Source of the DNA: Cycas panzhihuaensis
Lineage: Eukaryota > Plantae > Cycadophyta
DNA length: 64,000 bases
Direction: 5' to 3'
Assembly (NCBI GenBank): GCA_023213395.1
Contig: CM041465.1
Coordinates: 62,317,741 to 62,381,740, forward strand
This document shows positions 36,807-51,734 of this stretch, in pieces. A program made the position numbers and the translations under genes. The notes beneath the pieces were generated by a model that searched no databases, was not told the origin of the DNA, and was given only the letters and a program-made list of their open reading frames with translations. How positions within the stretch are numbered: the first letter of the stretch is position 1; each line of letters starts with the position of its first letter.

Positions 36807-38388
36807 AACTCTATAAAATAGTTTCACATCTTAATGAAAACCACTTCAGTATATAAATCATCAAAATACCTTCCCAACAGATCTAGTCGTTCAAAAAATA
36901 AATTCCTAAATCAAAAGTTATAGCAAAAATAGTGAAAGGGCTTCTTTTTGGCAATTAAATGAAATAGAGAGGGTTAAGCCTCTTTGATCTAAGGCCCATA
37001 GTCACGTGAGGGCCAATAAAACCACCAACTAGGGTTTGAAGGGGGCTATCATATTTGAAATTTTATAAAAATTGCTTAATATCCTTTAAATCCAAAATTA
37101 TAAAAAATAGTTATTAAAAGGTTGAAATATGCCCCTTTAATCAATAAATCTTAGTCATATACAATAGAATAAGAGTGAAAGGAAGAGGCTAAAGGGATTA
37201 TCCATGCAGAAACTTAAAATATTATAAAAATTAATTAAATTAAAGTTAAACTTTATGAAAATATATATATGAAAAAATTAAATAAATTTAAACATACTAT
37301 GTATGACCTGCATACGCATATAGAACTTTGGTAAGATCGTTCTCTCTCCACACAACTTAAATTGAGATAAAATTTGAGAGAAGCTTAGATACACCTACTA
37401 GCAAGTCACAACTCAAATATCATAGCAATTTGATAACCATAGAGAGATAGAGAACAAAGTCATTAAAGATATTGAGGTCGCATGGACTGCGTAGAGGCCA
37501 TATGACTTAGAGAGGGCTCAAAATCACTTGGAGACTACTCTGTTTAGACCTTATCAGACCTACACTCCTGTTATAAAGGAGATATGATGAAAAAAGAGCA
37601 AAATGATAAAATAACAAAAGGAGATGTGGGGTTTTAATGCCTAAATAGAGTGAGCCAAATTTTGGGAGTAATATCTTAGTACTGGGGCGATGATTTTTCA
37701 AACTATTTATTTTGTTGCAATCTAGATTCAACAAGGATCAAAACAAGTAGTCATATGATATAGTTTCATCCGCTTTAGAGAGAGCACTATCTTGATAAAG
37801 TCTAAGAAGAAAGTAGGAGTCTCAAAAAAAAAAAAAAATATTCCTTGTAAAAACTTAAAAAAATTCATATGTAAACAATCGAAATATGTGTTGGGATATG
37901 TATGCCAATAGAGGCTACAAAAAACTAGAGAGATTTTGAAAGAAATAAAGCATACAAATAAAAATAATAATTTTTTTTAAAAAACTAATATATAAACTAT
38001 TGATATAATGTTATAAAATAAATAAATATTCAATGAAAAATTTGTGGTGCTTTAAATGAAGTCACTCTAATACTAAATGTCATATACAAGACTCTTATAC
38101 CAAATGAAAGTGCTAATGGAGATAGAGTAGAGTAGGTAAAAGAATGTTTCAATCCATATTCAAACCATTTTTTTAAACATTAATATAATTTCCTTTGATA
38201 AGTAGTGTTGAAGAACACCATGGGTTTTGAGCCCCAAAATATATATTTAGAAGGCAAGTGGAAGCCCCGTCAACCTTTAAATTGAAATTACAATAAAAAA
38301 TAAGCAACTTGAAATAAAATAACATTACCTTATCCAAGTGATAACTAGCATGTACCCATGATCCATTTGCATATATATATATATATAT

Positions 38389-40487
38389 GTAATGAACATT
38401 AGTCCCAACATTTAGCTTGATGTTGTTATAGTCAAATCATAGTAGAGATCCAATTAAAGTACTCTTGGCCTTTTAAGTCAAGATTTCACACTATAGTATG
38501 ATCTTTCTCTTTTTAGCTCAATGGTTCTATAGTTAGATTAAAGTAGAGATCTAATTAGAGTGCCTTTAGCCCTAGAGGTTAACCCTTTCCTGAGTATAAC
38601 AAAGGAAAGGTTATCCCTTTCTTGAGCATAGTGAAGGGAAGGATGGGTGTAATCTTTCTTTTCTTAGCTTAATGTTTCTTTTTAGATAGTGTATGGTGTT
38701 CTCTTTCATTTTTTAGGTTAAAGTTTTTTCAATAGTATGAAAATTTCCTTTATAGTGCATGAATCTTTTAGTAGTTTTTATAGTGCATAGTGTTCTCTCT
38801 TATTCAATAGCCTGAAAGAGTTTTTTAATACTCGCTTCCTTCCCTTCACTACACTTAAGAAAGGGTTACTATTCTAAAGACTCATTGAAACTTTTTCAAT
38901 ATGCTTCTAACCTAGCATCTAGTGAGGGAAACAAATAATATAGAATGATAAACTAGAGAGTAGCACTATGTGGCAAACTAAAAAAAACTATGATTAATGA
39001 GATCTACTAGATTTATATTCTTAGCCAATTCAAAAGAATCAAGGATCTAATCACATATCATAGTATTCCTTATAATGTAGGATATAATTCATTTATTAAT
39101 TGGTTTGAAAGAATCTAAGTTTGAATGTGGTGTTTCTTTCTATTTCAAAACATAAAACGGAGTCAAGTCCCATCTGAGTTATTGACAGAGTTGTTTATTC
39201 TACATTTCTAGGTGCCCCCCTTACTTGATTAGTAATAGATACTGTTCTCCTAGAGAAGAATTTATAAAATATGGCATGGTTTAGTTTTAGCAAAAAATCT
39301 ATGATATATTTTCATAGCAAAAACGAAGTCTATTTGGGGGGTTGGCTGTGTATTTAGTGAAATCTATGTGAGTACTATGAACTATTTGCTTCTTGGTTGG
39401 ACAAATAACATCATCTATAAGCCACCTCACCACCTCCTCTAGAATAAACAAAGAAATGAGTGAATAGATGTTGGTGAAGAATACAACCATCCAGGTTGGG
39501 TAAACCTCATACTATATGTTATTCATTCTAAAAAGAAAAGGATCAAGCAAATTGTATTCTTTCTTTATAGTGGCATATGTCTTTGTTTGGACAAGATAGA
39601 GAGACGGAAATAATAGGACTAGATTTGGGTCTATAACGAGAGCTCCCTCAACAGAGGGGCTTTGACTTCAAAATTACTAAAGAATGGTTGAGCAGTAATG
39701 AAATCAATGACTCCCCTACTGTGCATGTAAAAAACTGACCTTTTAAATACTGAATGGAATGAGTGGTTGGCTCTTGGCTCTTGGGAGCCAAAATATCAAT
39801 CTTCATCATATATATTACACCTATGAAATATTTACAATACATGATAATGAGATGGCACTATCATAATTTAGGCTAACAATCCTTTCTCTTGTTGGCTCTT
39901 AAATAGTAGTAGAGTCTCTCTTTCAATGCTATGTCCCTCTAATAATGAAGCCTTGACTAAGAACCAAAAGGATGGACATAGACGACACTATCTTACCAAA
40001 ACAATGGTGATGAATAATCATGTTTGTTGTGGTTCTTAGTTCATATTGATAGCATTTTATAGGCTCTATCTATGATATGGGAGAATTCAAAGGTCGATCA
40101 TATTAAAATTGACCATGTTGCCCCCTATATTAAAGGGTCAAAATGAGATTTCATATGCCCCAAAACAACACAAAGGATCAAAGAACAAGATAAACAAAGG
40201 TGGCTCATTCGAGGATGAAAGACCCACCTCTCTAAATTCCTTTCAAGGCTATGAAAATAGTGAGCTGATCATAGAGTTATTGGATAATGTAAATCCCCCC
40301 TATTCAATAAAGAAATTAATAAATGGATGAGCTAAGATCCTCACTAGGAGAGAGAGACCTTAGCCATCATATATAAAATATATAGCTTCCCCCCTATATC
40401 TAGAAAATCAAAGAGTTGGTAGGTTACCTTTTATAAATATATAGGGTTTACCACTAGGCCTTATTATTCTTCAAATATATAAGAGTT
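38389..40487 (+). repeat. Segmental duplication block B, copy 1 (matches 58650-60743)
   Basis: Near-identical sequence; paired ORFs 39299/59562 and 40109/60365. Confidence 0.97.
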
Positions 40488-41139
40488 ACTATTTTGAGTG
40501 ACGTTGAGTCCAATGATGAGGATGAGGACCTCCCTCATTGTATATCCCTCATAAACACCTGTAGGGAGTGCTTGCTTCATTCCATGTCCCAACCTGGAAA
40601 CCCTTCCATTGAGGAGCCTAATACTCCTGCTGAGTCACACATAATTATTTCTATCTCTTGCATGACCTCCTATACCACTCCATCATCCATCTCGTCACCT
40701 TCCTTGGGTGATGAGGATAGGGGACCTCCTATTCCATGACACACGAGGATGCCCCCTGACTCTTCTGAAGAGTCGCTTGACTATATCAAGTGGTGGGTTG
40801 ACCGTTATGGACCCATTTCTCCTCCTGCTTCTCGCTCCTCATCCTCTCCAAGTATAACTATCCATGGTGTAGACTACTTTAAAAATGATGAGGTGTTTTT
40901 AAAGCATTTGGTAGGCTCCATATCTAATCTCCCTCTTGGTCACCATAAGCTTGGTTATTGAAATATCCTAGCTCTTGGGTCACCCCTAGTTGACCCAAGG
41001 CAACCTAGTTCCTCTTCGCCTCTCCTATTGACCAAGCCCCCCTTCATTTTAAGATGGAAATGCAATGTGCATGGGGGCAACCAAGGACATCATCCTCACA
41101 CCTGGCAAGGTCATTAACATGGGAGTATAATGTTCCCCT

Positions 41140-43869
41140 AAAGAAATAGAGGAGTGCACTCTTTTCTTTTGGGACTTCTATGATGTTTTTGCATGGGATT
41201 ACACTTATATGAAGGGAATAGATCCCTCCATCGTCACCCATAATCTTACAACTATCCCAGGTGCTTGCCTTCTACAAGTAAAGTAATGCCCCCTTTATTG
41301 TAAGTTGTTTGTTGATGTTAAGATGGAAGTTGAAAAACCCTTGGACACATGGTTGATTACTTCTATCGATTACCCTAAATGGGTCTTCAACATCATTCCT
41401 GTTGCTAAAAAGAATGGAATGATTTGGATATATGTTGATTTTTAAGATATCAATAATACATGTACCAAAGATAACTTTCCTTTACCTTTCATTGATCAGA
41501 TTATCGATCGCACCACCAATTTTGAAGTCATGTCATTAAAGGATGGCTTCTTTAGTTACAACCAAATCTAAATCTCCCTTGAAGGCCATCATAAAATAGC
41601 CTTCACTACTCCTTAGGGTGTATTTGATTACAAAACAATATACTTTGGACTTAAAAATGCAAGCGTCACTTACTAAAAGACGATGTAATTTGTCTTTCAT
41701 GACCTCATAAACAAAACCCTTCAGGTCTTCATGGATGATATGATGTGTCTCTCTCGTAAGAGAGCCCATCACCTTGAGAATTTACGTACCATCTTCACAT
41801 GATGTCATAAATACCACATTATATTAAAACTACTCAAATACATATTTGTTATAACTATCAGCAAACTCCTTGGTTCTATTGTTTATAAACAAGGAATTCA
41901 GATTGACCTCGATAAGGTCAAGGCCATCTTTGACATGCCTCTACCTAAAATATAATGTTAATTCAAGTCATTTTTGGGTAGGTTTGGTTTCCTTAGGCAT
42001 TTCCTGGAAAACTTTTCCATAAATGCTAAACCCCTTACTAACCTATTAAAGAAGGGAGCCCCATTCACTTGGTCTCCTAAGGCCCAGGAAGCTTTTCAAG
42101 AGCTAAAGAGAGGCTTGGCTTCTACTCTGATCTTGGTGCCCCATCTCTTCAACTATCCCTTCATCCTTTATACCTTACCACTAACAAATCCTTGGGGTCT
42201 ATCCTCATCCAAGAGGATGATTTGGGAACCGAGCAAGCTATTTACTTCATCAGTTGCACATTAGTTATTGTTGAGATTAACTGCTCTTTCATGAAGAAGG
42301 AGTACCTTGCCTTTGTCTACGGAACTAAGAAATTTAAGCATTACCTGCTCAGTAATACCACTCGAGTGAGCGTTCAATCTGATCCCTTGAGATACCTCTT
42401 AACTCGATCTGAATTGATTAGTAGGACTGGCAAATGGGTCATCCTCCTCCAAGAGTATGACCTTTAAATTGTTAATAGGAAATTGAAGAAGGGAATAGTA
42501 GTCACTGAACAACTAGTTGATGCACCTATTTGTAACTCTTTTAATGTTCTCGTTGATGACTCTTTACCTGGCAAGCATATCTTTTCCATTCAAAACTCAT
42601 CACCCCATCCATTAGCTAGTAGCGAATGGTATGGGGGCATTGTATAATACCTTACTAAATAGCAGCATTATCCTAATGCTAGTGACAAGGTGAGGTCACA
42701 ACTTAGGGCTACTACTATGCAGTATTTCCTCATAGAGGAGGTATTGTATAAGAGATCTTTCGATGGGGTCCTCCTTCACTGCGTTAACCTTGATAAGGCA
42801 AACCAAATACTTCATGAGTGCCATAATTGCACTTATGGGGCCCACTTTGGGGGCTAATCCATGGCTTAGAGGATCCTCTGTATGGGTTATTACTAGTCAT
42901 AGATTTTCAAGGATGACCATGCCTATGCATTGCATTATCGTAGTTGCCAATAGCATGCCAATATTATTCATTCACCTTCTGAGGCCTTACACCTAATTAT
43001 TTCTTTGCGGCCTTTCTCTTAATAGGGACTAGACCTTATCAGAGCCATAACCCCTCCTTCCTCATCATAATACAAGTTCATCTTGACTGCAATAGAGTAT
43101 GTCTCTAAGAGGCTAAAGTGGTTTACTTATCATCCATTACTAGTAAGACTATAGCCACTTTATCTACAAGCATATTATCTATTAATTCAAGATTCCTAAC
43201 ATCCTGATCATAGATAATGGAACTCTATTTTATAATAAAGAGATGGATAAACTTTGTGGGAAGTTTAGGATATCCCACAAAACCTTGTCTCCTTATTATC
43301 CGTAGGCCAATGTCCAAATTGAATCTTTCAACAATACCCTTATCAATATCTTAAAGAAAATTATTGCTCAATCCCAAATGGATTGGCATCTCCAACTTTC
43401 TTCTACTTTATGGGCATATTGCACTTCTGTTCACATGGCTACAAGGATGAACCTATTCTCCCTCATGTATGGGATTGAAGTGGTCCTTCCTTTGGAAGTC
43501 AAAATCCCCTCTTTAAGTGTTTCTCCTCAAGGTCTCATCGGTGAGGAGTCTTGCTACTAAACTCACCTCCTTGACCTCAAAGTCTTGGATGAGAGATGCT
43601 TGATAACATACCAATCAAACCTCACCTCTAAGGCTAGGGCATGAAGAATGTATGATAAATGTCTTTATCCTCGCCCTCTAAATCTTGGGGACTATGTCCT
43701 AAAGCTTAAGTATCTCCATAACCGTTTATCCAAATTCGGGCCTAAATGGGTCGATCCTTTTGTCATTCTTGAGAGCCTCAACAATGGTGCCTATAGGATA
43801 CCTACCCTAGAGGGTCTCAAATTTGAGAAAGTTATGAATGGTAAATTCCTAAAGAAGTTCTACATTTGA
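41140..43869 (+). pseudogene. Tat pol RT-RH-integrase, copy 2 (no aRH between RH and INT)
   Basis: RH 'AIYFIS..KEYLAFVYGTKKFKHYLL..DPLRYLL..KWVILLQEYDL' runs through a short linker directly into the integrase HHCC region. Confidence 0.9.
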
Positions 43870-44559
43870 CCCTTTCTACTCTCGAGTAGGATAGGCACAC
43901 CCCTCTCCCGCTTCAAAATGAGCCTAAACTCTGATTCTAAATGCATCATTATTTCTCCTAGCCATAGGTATGATAATGGTTTGGAGTATCTCTTCATCCT
44001 TTTGACTTCGTTACTTGCATTGCATATCTTATCTCCCTCCCATAGGAGACCTCTTATTTCCTAGTTAGTTAAGAAAACCTCCTTCGCTTTTGAGCATAGA
44101 GTTGCTTCCTAACCAAGGCCTTTTATTTCTTGGGTGTATATACCCCCAATAGACATGCGTAGCACCTCCTCTTAGTCTCACATATATCCATCATCAATAC
44201 ATAAGGTGATTATGTGTTCCTAGTACGGGTGTGGCATCGTATGAAAGGAAGCATGAATATCATTTGCATAGGATCTAATAACAAAAACTATATATAGAAA
44301 TCAACTATAACTATCTAAATACATGACCCCTTATGCACCTATGCACCCATATCCATATGCATATGCTCATCTCTCTATGCATTATATAAACAAATAAACT
44401 ACTCAACAAAGTAATAACATCACAAATACATCATAACATCATCATTATGTATTAAATGGGGTAACAATTAGCCCCCGTCTATATATGTATAAAGTCATAT
44501 GATACAACAGAATCATATGGTACATTATCTAGGCAATATACCTCAAGAAGCCAGAATCC

Positions 44560-47500
44560 TTGCATAGAGGAGTACAATCATATGCCTATATGTGATTAAA
44601 ACTTTGTGGAGGTTTGAGGATTTCTTATCCAAAATCCATAGTGTATAGTCTCCTAGATGCCACGCTCTCAAGAGGTTTCGTCCCCTCATTTGCAGGATCC
44701 CTCGTTGAGGGACCACATATCTCTTACGATTCTACAACATTGTTGCAAGCTCCTTGCCTTGCTCTCCTTATCTCGAGGCATCCTCTAGGTCATCAATGTG
44801 GTGTGTGACCTAGTGTTTGATGACCTAATAGTGATATGCTCTACTAGTTGATCATATCTACCCTAGATACTATCTCTCTCTCCCTCTGCTCTATGGAGTC
44901 TCTCCTCCAGCATAACGATCTATATGTTACTCTCTACATCCCTACCTACTCCTCTTCCCTAGGCCTCTAGTCCTTATACCTGGCCCTGTAGGGTGTCCCT
45001 CTTAACCACCAGCTTGTCTCTCTCTACCTGTCACCCATCCAGGGTGCTTTGTAGCTGACCAACCCTCAAGTGGAGCCCTTGGGACTCTGCCACCTATATA
45101 TCCCTAGACTAAGTTAGTGGGGCAAACGCTGTTGTGTGTGGCCCTACTAATCACAGCTCCTCAGTAGCCAAGATGGGAGGCTATCCCTTTGCATAGACTT
45201 GGGGGAATAGCCCATATATTATTGCCTCTAGTAACCTCTCCATCTCTAGTCCCCCTACCAAATAATGCATATTATGTCAATGTAGTATATATATACCTAT
45301 ATACAAAAACATTAAAATATAATGAAAACCTTCTAGGGAAGCATTAAATGATCAAAAGGATGTTGAGTCAGGGTAGATTCTCACCTCTTGGGATGACTGG
45401 CTCCTTCACTTGGATGATCACTTCCTCTACTGTAGCTCCCCCTACTACTACCCCTATCTCCTTGACCTGTGGTGCTACCTCACCCACCACTTGGGCTACC
45501 GAGGTATCTCCTCCCTCTAATACCTTCTCTCATGGGACCTCTCTATCTGTAGCAGATATCACTGCCTTTGCCTCTACTACCATGGCTACCACTACTACTA
45601 GGGCTCTACCTATACCTCCCCTATGAAGAGAAAATATAACCAGAGAAGCAATGTGATAACAAAACTCTAAACCATGCAAAGAACAAATAACATAAACAAA
45701 TCAAACACTAAACAAATAACACCAGGAGATTCAGGTCTAAGCATAGACCTTTTATTAATCTGAGTAACAATACAAAGATGAATAAACCTCAACTCTTCTC
45801 CTCAACTCATCCACAACCATTACATCATCTTCATATGTTACATGTACCATTATATAAGAATATATAGATACAACATTATAAGATACCATCTTACAGTCTT
45901 ACAATACAATAGGCATAAACCATTGGGTTGACAAAGGGGCTCTGGTGTAACGCCTATACCCATGTAACATTTGCAAAGTGTTCAACATATCTAACAATCT
46001 CCTACTTGTTGAACACTTTACAAAAGAACCTGCATACACAACTACTAAATTCCAAAATCATAAATACCTATTTCAATTCTACACCATTTAAATTTTTTTA
46101 TGCTAACAATCTTAGTCAATGAGTTTGCAACATTTTCTTATGTACCAATCTTCTGCAAGTCCACCTTGTGATCTTGAACTATTTCCCTTATAAAATGGAA
46201 CTACACATTAATATGCTTCGACCAAGCATGAAAAATTGGGCTCTTTGCTAGGTAGATTGAACTTTGACTATCACAATCTATCCTCACAGTATCATTCTTA
46301 AAGTCAATATCTGTCATAATCTCTGTAACTAGAGTGCTTCCTTGCATGCATGAGTAGCTACCATATACTATGCCTCTATGCTAGAAAGTGCCACAACATG
46401 TTGTCTTTTACTGATCTAGTTGATTGCGCCACCACAAAGGGTAAAAATATATTTTCTTATAAATCTTCTACTATTAAGATCTCCAGCCTAATCAACATTA
46501 ACAAAACCTCTTAGGTTCATTATTCTACTCTCCATAGGATCTCCTTGATAGTAAATTCCATAGTTTGATGTACCTCGTAGATACCTAAAAATCCTTTTCG
46601 CAGCCACCCAATGCTCCCTGCATGGGTTTGACATGTACCTACTAACTACTCCCACTGCATAGGCAATGTCTAGTTGAGTGGAAGTCATCACATACATCAG
46701 GCTACTAACAGCGCTAGCATAAGTGACAAATACCATGTCTTCAACTTCTTGGTGAGTCTTTGGGTATTGTTTAGCTAATAATTTTAAACTAGTAGGAAGA
46801 TGAACATTAATTAGTTTATTATCCTACAACCTAAACTGTTGTAATATTATCTCAATATATTGTCATTGGCTAAGCCAAATCTTCTTATTTCTCCTATCCT
46901 TTTTAATCTTAATGCCTAAAATAAAATGTGCAACACCAAGGTCCTTCATCTCAAAGTGAGATGCTAGTTGGTCTTTCACAAGCTGGTTCATTCATTTATT
47001 ATTACTAACTAAAAGTATGTCATAAACATATAAAGCTAGAATGACAAAATGATCACCAACTTACTTATAATAAATACAATAATCTACTTTACTGTGCACA
47101 AATCCATCCACCAACATATGTGAATCAAACTTTTGATACCACATCCTTGGTATCTGTTTCAAGCCATATAATGACTTCTTTAACCTGCATACCATATCCT
47201 CCTTTCCTGTAACTTCAAACCCTTCAGGGTGTGACATATCTAACACCCTCTACTTGCTAGTCTTGGTAGTGGCCTATCTCTCCCTATTGGAATCGATGGA
47301 CCTACCTTGTCTCATACAGCTCCTGATGGTCTTGCTCCATCCCCTCCATTGTTGTCAGTAGCCTTATTAGGCTCATCTCCAAACTCTCTACCTTTATCAT
47401 CACTTTCCCAGTGGATAGATCGATAGTGATCCACTGTATTATCAATTAGGGTTAAGAGATCTAGCAATATCGCTACCACTAATTGCCACACGTGGACTTG

Positions 47501-48010
47501 ATCACCAGTCCCTCTGAACCTTGTCTTCCACTTGTGAACCATGGGGGCCCTAGCTAAGATGGGATATGGCTTAAGAGAAATGAGTTTCCTTACTCAAGGA
47601 AGTCTAAATAAAACCATCGCTCATACTGAGACTCCTCATCAATCCCATTAGCCCTGTCCTGCAAAGAATATGGCTACCTTCCTATGGGTAGCATCTATGC
47701 TAGGTAGTGTACCTAGTGACATTGGTGTCCCTCTTAATGGGGCACTCAGGTCTCTCCTGATATCCCCAGGCATGATAGAGATATCTCCCACTTGTGGGAG
47801 GTGGAGTACATCTCTTTATCGATCCTAGTGAGAGACAATATCTACTAGGAGGCACTGTTCAGATGTATACTGTAGAGTCTTAATGACCTTCAGAAGCCCA
47901 TAACATCATAACATCATAAAGTTAGCCACTCCTAATATGTCATCATCTCAACAGAACTCATCATCACCATGCCTATATTCTCATGGTTATCAACAGTAAG
48001 GATAGCCCAC
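44560..48010 (-). pseudogene. Antisense PMD gene, copy 2 (about 240 bp deleted at ~47570)
   Basis: Homologous to 12760-16443; the same splice-site sequences are present. Confidence 0.7.
45652..47243 (-). mobile_element. Nested copia RT-RH-LTR fragment, copy 2
   Basis: ORFs 46488-46736 ('DIAYAVGVVSRYMSNP..HWVAAKRIFRYLRGT') and 47061-47246. Confidence 0.88.
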
Positions 48011-49249
48011 AGACAAAGAAAATTAGTTAGAGATCTACTAATCCACTATGCCATGTTCCATACACCCCTTTGGATGGCTGGAGCTCCATTAGGCTGAGCA
48101 AACCCATCCATCGGGGCCTCTTTTCTTTTTTTTCCCCTATCCAACCTCTACTCCATGTTAAACTCTATGATACCGCAGATATTGATGCATGGCTCCCTAA
48201 GAAAATCCTATTTTCTTAGTAACCCTACTGTAAATATTGTGGCACCATGACATTTGTTGTGGGGCTGTGGATACCCCACTACAAAAGGGAGGGGTCACCT
48301 AAAAACTCAAAAAAAAAATTCTTAAGTGGACTAAACTTAGCCCACTAGAACTAGGGTTGCCTAATGCCCGAGTCCTCACCCTTCTTAGGCCTCATTCGAG
48401 CTCCAAGGGGTCTCAATTACCCTTGTGGGGCCCAAAATAAACTTTATAAACTACAAAAAAGCTATTAAATGAAATTGATGAAATAAAATGGCTAGGGGAA
48501 AAACCACTTACTAGATCAGGCCTAATCATTAAAATCTCATCTCTACGATCCCAATGGCTATCCTCTCTCCCTGATCCAATATCCTGATCTCTCTCTAGGT
48601 ACTCTTGAATGCTAGCATAGCCTCACTACGTAGAAGGAAGGGATCCAAATCTCTCTTAGGGTCCATGAAAATGAATCCCATTTTCACCCTTCTCCCCTTT
48701 TTTATACACAGGGTCCCTCAGGGCTACCATCTCCTTTCTCCTCATCGTGACAACCCTCAGGATCATCCCATTATCCTCATTCACTTTGTCTTTAGGGTCA
48801 GACCCTCATTTTACCCCCATAGCTTCTATTTTACTCCTTTTTATCACATTTATGACAACCCCTTCTGCCTCCTCAAGGCTCTTTCTGCCTCATTTTTTAT
48901 ACTGCTATGAAACGTACCCATGTTTATACTCCTTTGACTTGTTTAACTACCCTAAATCCATTTTTTCCATCTATTTGAGCCTTTGAGGCTCCTAAGGGAA
49001 GCTCCTCCTACCTTCTAGGCCTTCAGAAGCCCTTTCGCAACCCCTAAGGGCTCTGAAGGAGCTTATCTAATAATCTTTTCTCACCCTTTCACTGGATGAG
49101 CCTCCCTCAAGCTTGGTAGCCTACCTTTAGGGCTCTCCTATCACGATCCATATTTATAACTTTCTGAGCTATTATATCCATGTCACTACCCCTCTATTTT
49201 GTATATTGACCTTATAGCTCTTCTATTGCTTAACTCAAATTCTATTCTT

Positions 49250-49640
49250 TTTACCGTGATATTGTTCATCTTTACTAACAGAGGAAGTCCTAGCAACCTC
49301 AGACCTTTGGCAGCTATGTGGATCCTTTGTGATCCCTCTGGATATGACTATATGTGTTCTGAAATCTTTCTACTTGAGGTTATGAATAATAAAGTTGAAT
49401 ACATAGTTGTTATTAAAGCTTTTACTGATGTACTTCACTTTCACCATGGCCCTATCATCCTTTATTGTGACTCTCAAATTGTCGTGTCACAACTAACCTA
49501 GGTTTACTAGGAACGTTGCCCATGATTGAGAACCCTTGATTTCATTGTCAGGTCCTTTTTGTCTTGTTTCTCTTCCATGGATGTTTAGCACATTCCCTGA
49601 GATTTGAATGCTGAGGCAGATGGCCTTGTTCGTCACATCC
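49250..49640 (+). pseudogene. aRH RNase H ORF, copy 2
   Basis: 'FTNRGSPSNL..NNKVEY..YCDSQIVVSQL..HIP*DLNAEADGL'. Confidence 0.88.
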
Positions 49641-51734
49641 TTGAGTGCCATCTCCTTCGCTTGGACAATCCTTCCTAGGTAGCTTAGTGGGTCAGCTGAT
49701 TATCCAGGCTCTAGAATGATCCTTTCTTTCATTGTGATCCCTTTGTGCCTCTCAAAGGAGGCCACTAATGAGGTTAAACTATGGTGACCACTAGGTTTAG
49801 ATCTCCACTCTGTCCTTCATACCACACATGGCATAAGGCTCTTTCATTCTCATTCTCTATATGTTAATATCGTTTGCCCATATTTGTTTATTGATTGTGC
49901 TTACAACCTTGCATGGTATTCATCTTGCATGAGGGCAATGGGGGCAGCCCCCTCATCTCCTCATCCTTTCACATTAGACTCTCGGGCAATGTACATGCAG
50001 CCCCTATGGTCCTCCTTCACCTTCCTTATCCATGTGATCTGCCATGATACTTTCCACTTCCCTTGGATGATGATACTTTTTGCATTAGTAGATGATACTA
50101 ATCTTTTTATATTGATAGCATTTTCCATCACCAGATGCTTTTAGGCGACAAGGCTTTGTTACCAAGGGGGTAATATTTCTAGGCTACCAAGAATAAATAT
50201 GGACAACATCTCTTAAGCAGGCATATGTATTTGTCTCTATCCTTACTCCTCGTTTACCTTAGGATATGATGAGATGTTTGATTATTGTATTTTGTATAAT
50301 ACTATTACATGCATAGTTAAGATGCCTAGTTTACTTAGCCATTATTATGCCTCTGACTATGATCCAGCCTATAATGACTTAAGACCACATCCTATGGCAC
50401 TATACGGTCCCTTATAACACCCCCTTAGCACTCTTGGGTGCTCATAGGCCCCCCTAGCCCATTTTTTATTCATTATTGGCATAATACATTATCCCTAACA
50501 CCTTATTTTAGGCCTGATCATCTCTGTATATGTTATTCATCCCTTGTTAGGCCTTTTTTACCCTCTTTTACACATTTGGAAAGGTCCCACTAATGCCTAG
50601 AGGTCTTCTAAAGGATTTACCAGTCTAACATACTACTCTGTTGTGCCCTAGGACTCTCCTTTTGGGGGTCCCCTATACCTCCCTTTTATTTTGTTCACAC
50701 CATGGTAATATTCACGGTATCATGGTAAAATTCACAGTACCATGAAGTTTACCATATGGCAATTGTCCATTGACTTATAAGGCCTAGTAATGCCTAGTTT
50801 CATACTTATTACAAAGCTGACATGTGGCAGTACACTATTTCTTACTTAGAGTGAACTCTAATCACTTGGGAAACCAAATTTGGGCATAAAAACCCAATTC
50901 TGAATTCATTTTATCTGTCTCAGCTCTCATACGAAAGGAAAAACACCTCATACATATACTTTTGGTCTCTCCTCCTAATATTCTCTTCTTTAATGGTGAA
51001 ACCCTGTAATGTAGGTCTATACTATCTCTTCTCTAGTAGGTCTTCCTTCCATGGTGCTCACTCTAGTAGTAGTAATACGTTTCAAGAGTTTTCGAGCCTT
51101 ATTCTTGCCTCTAAAAGGAGCCCTTTCTTCACCTAACAAGAGGGATCCTTAACTTTTCATTGATACATGAGATAACATTCATTTTACCCCAATTTTTATG
51201 ACCATAACAGGTTTATTTGTTGTTGTTCTCCCCTTTAGCAAGTATATTTGGTATATATTTCCATTTATTACAAGTTTTGCATATATCTTTATCTCTTTTG
51301 GGGTGTCCAAAGGAAGGTAAACCCTTCCTTTCTGCTTGATTGCACCTCCATACGCCTTGGGTTCTTCTTGGGACACAAGTAGGTGGATTATTGGATCCCT
51401 TAAAGAGGGAGAAGAGGAGTCCACGGCTAGGGTTTTGACCTTTACAACCATATCCTCCACGGGCAGCCCCTACCTCTCTTGGCTTTCCTACTCCATATCC
51501 ATCCTATGTAGTGAGAAACCTCTTAAGTGAAGGCCTCTATTGGTTATAGCATTTGCAGCCCCTTACAACACCTACAACCAACTTGTATATACATTATTTG
51601 GCAGCAAGTTTCTTTGTATACTTTGTCATTTCATAAGATTTCCATTTCTCCTACATATCTTGAGTGGCCATTTAATATTGAATTGATTTAAATTAAGGAT
51701 TTATTAACTACAGATATTAAATATTTATTGATTA

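Larger units (their letters stand above)
40488..51662 (+). mobile_element. Tat element copy 2 (5'-truncated; produced by duplication, not transposition)
   Basis: RT with 'QVFMDD' (~41725), RH (42192-42467), INT (to 43869), PPT AAGGGGGTAA (~50164-50173), partial 3' LTR (50174-51662). Confidence 0.9.

Noticed and set aside
36812-38370. AT-rich sequence (with 28920-29874) resembling an LTR of another large element
   Set aside because: No second copy, termini or PBS are identifiable in the window.
39299-40330. Short ORFs repeated at 59562-60574
   Set aside because: The conservation comes from the recent duplication, and no domain is recognisable.
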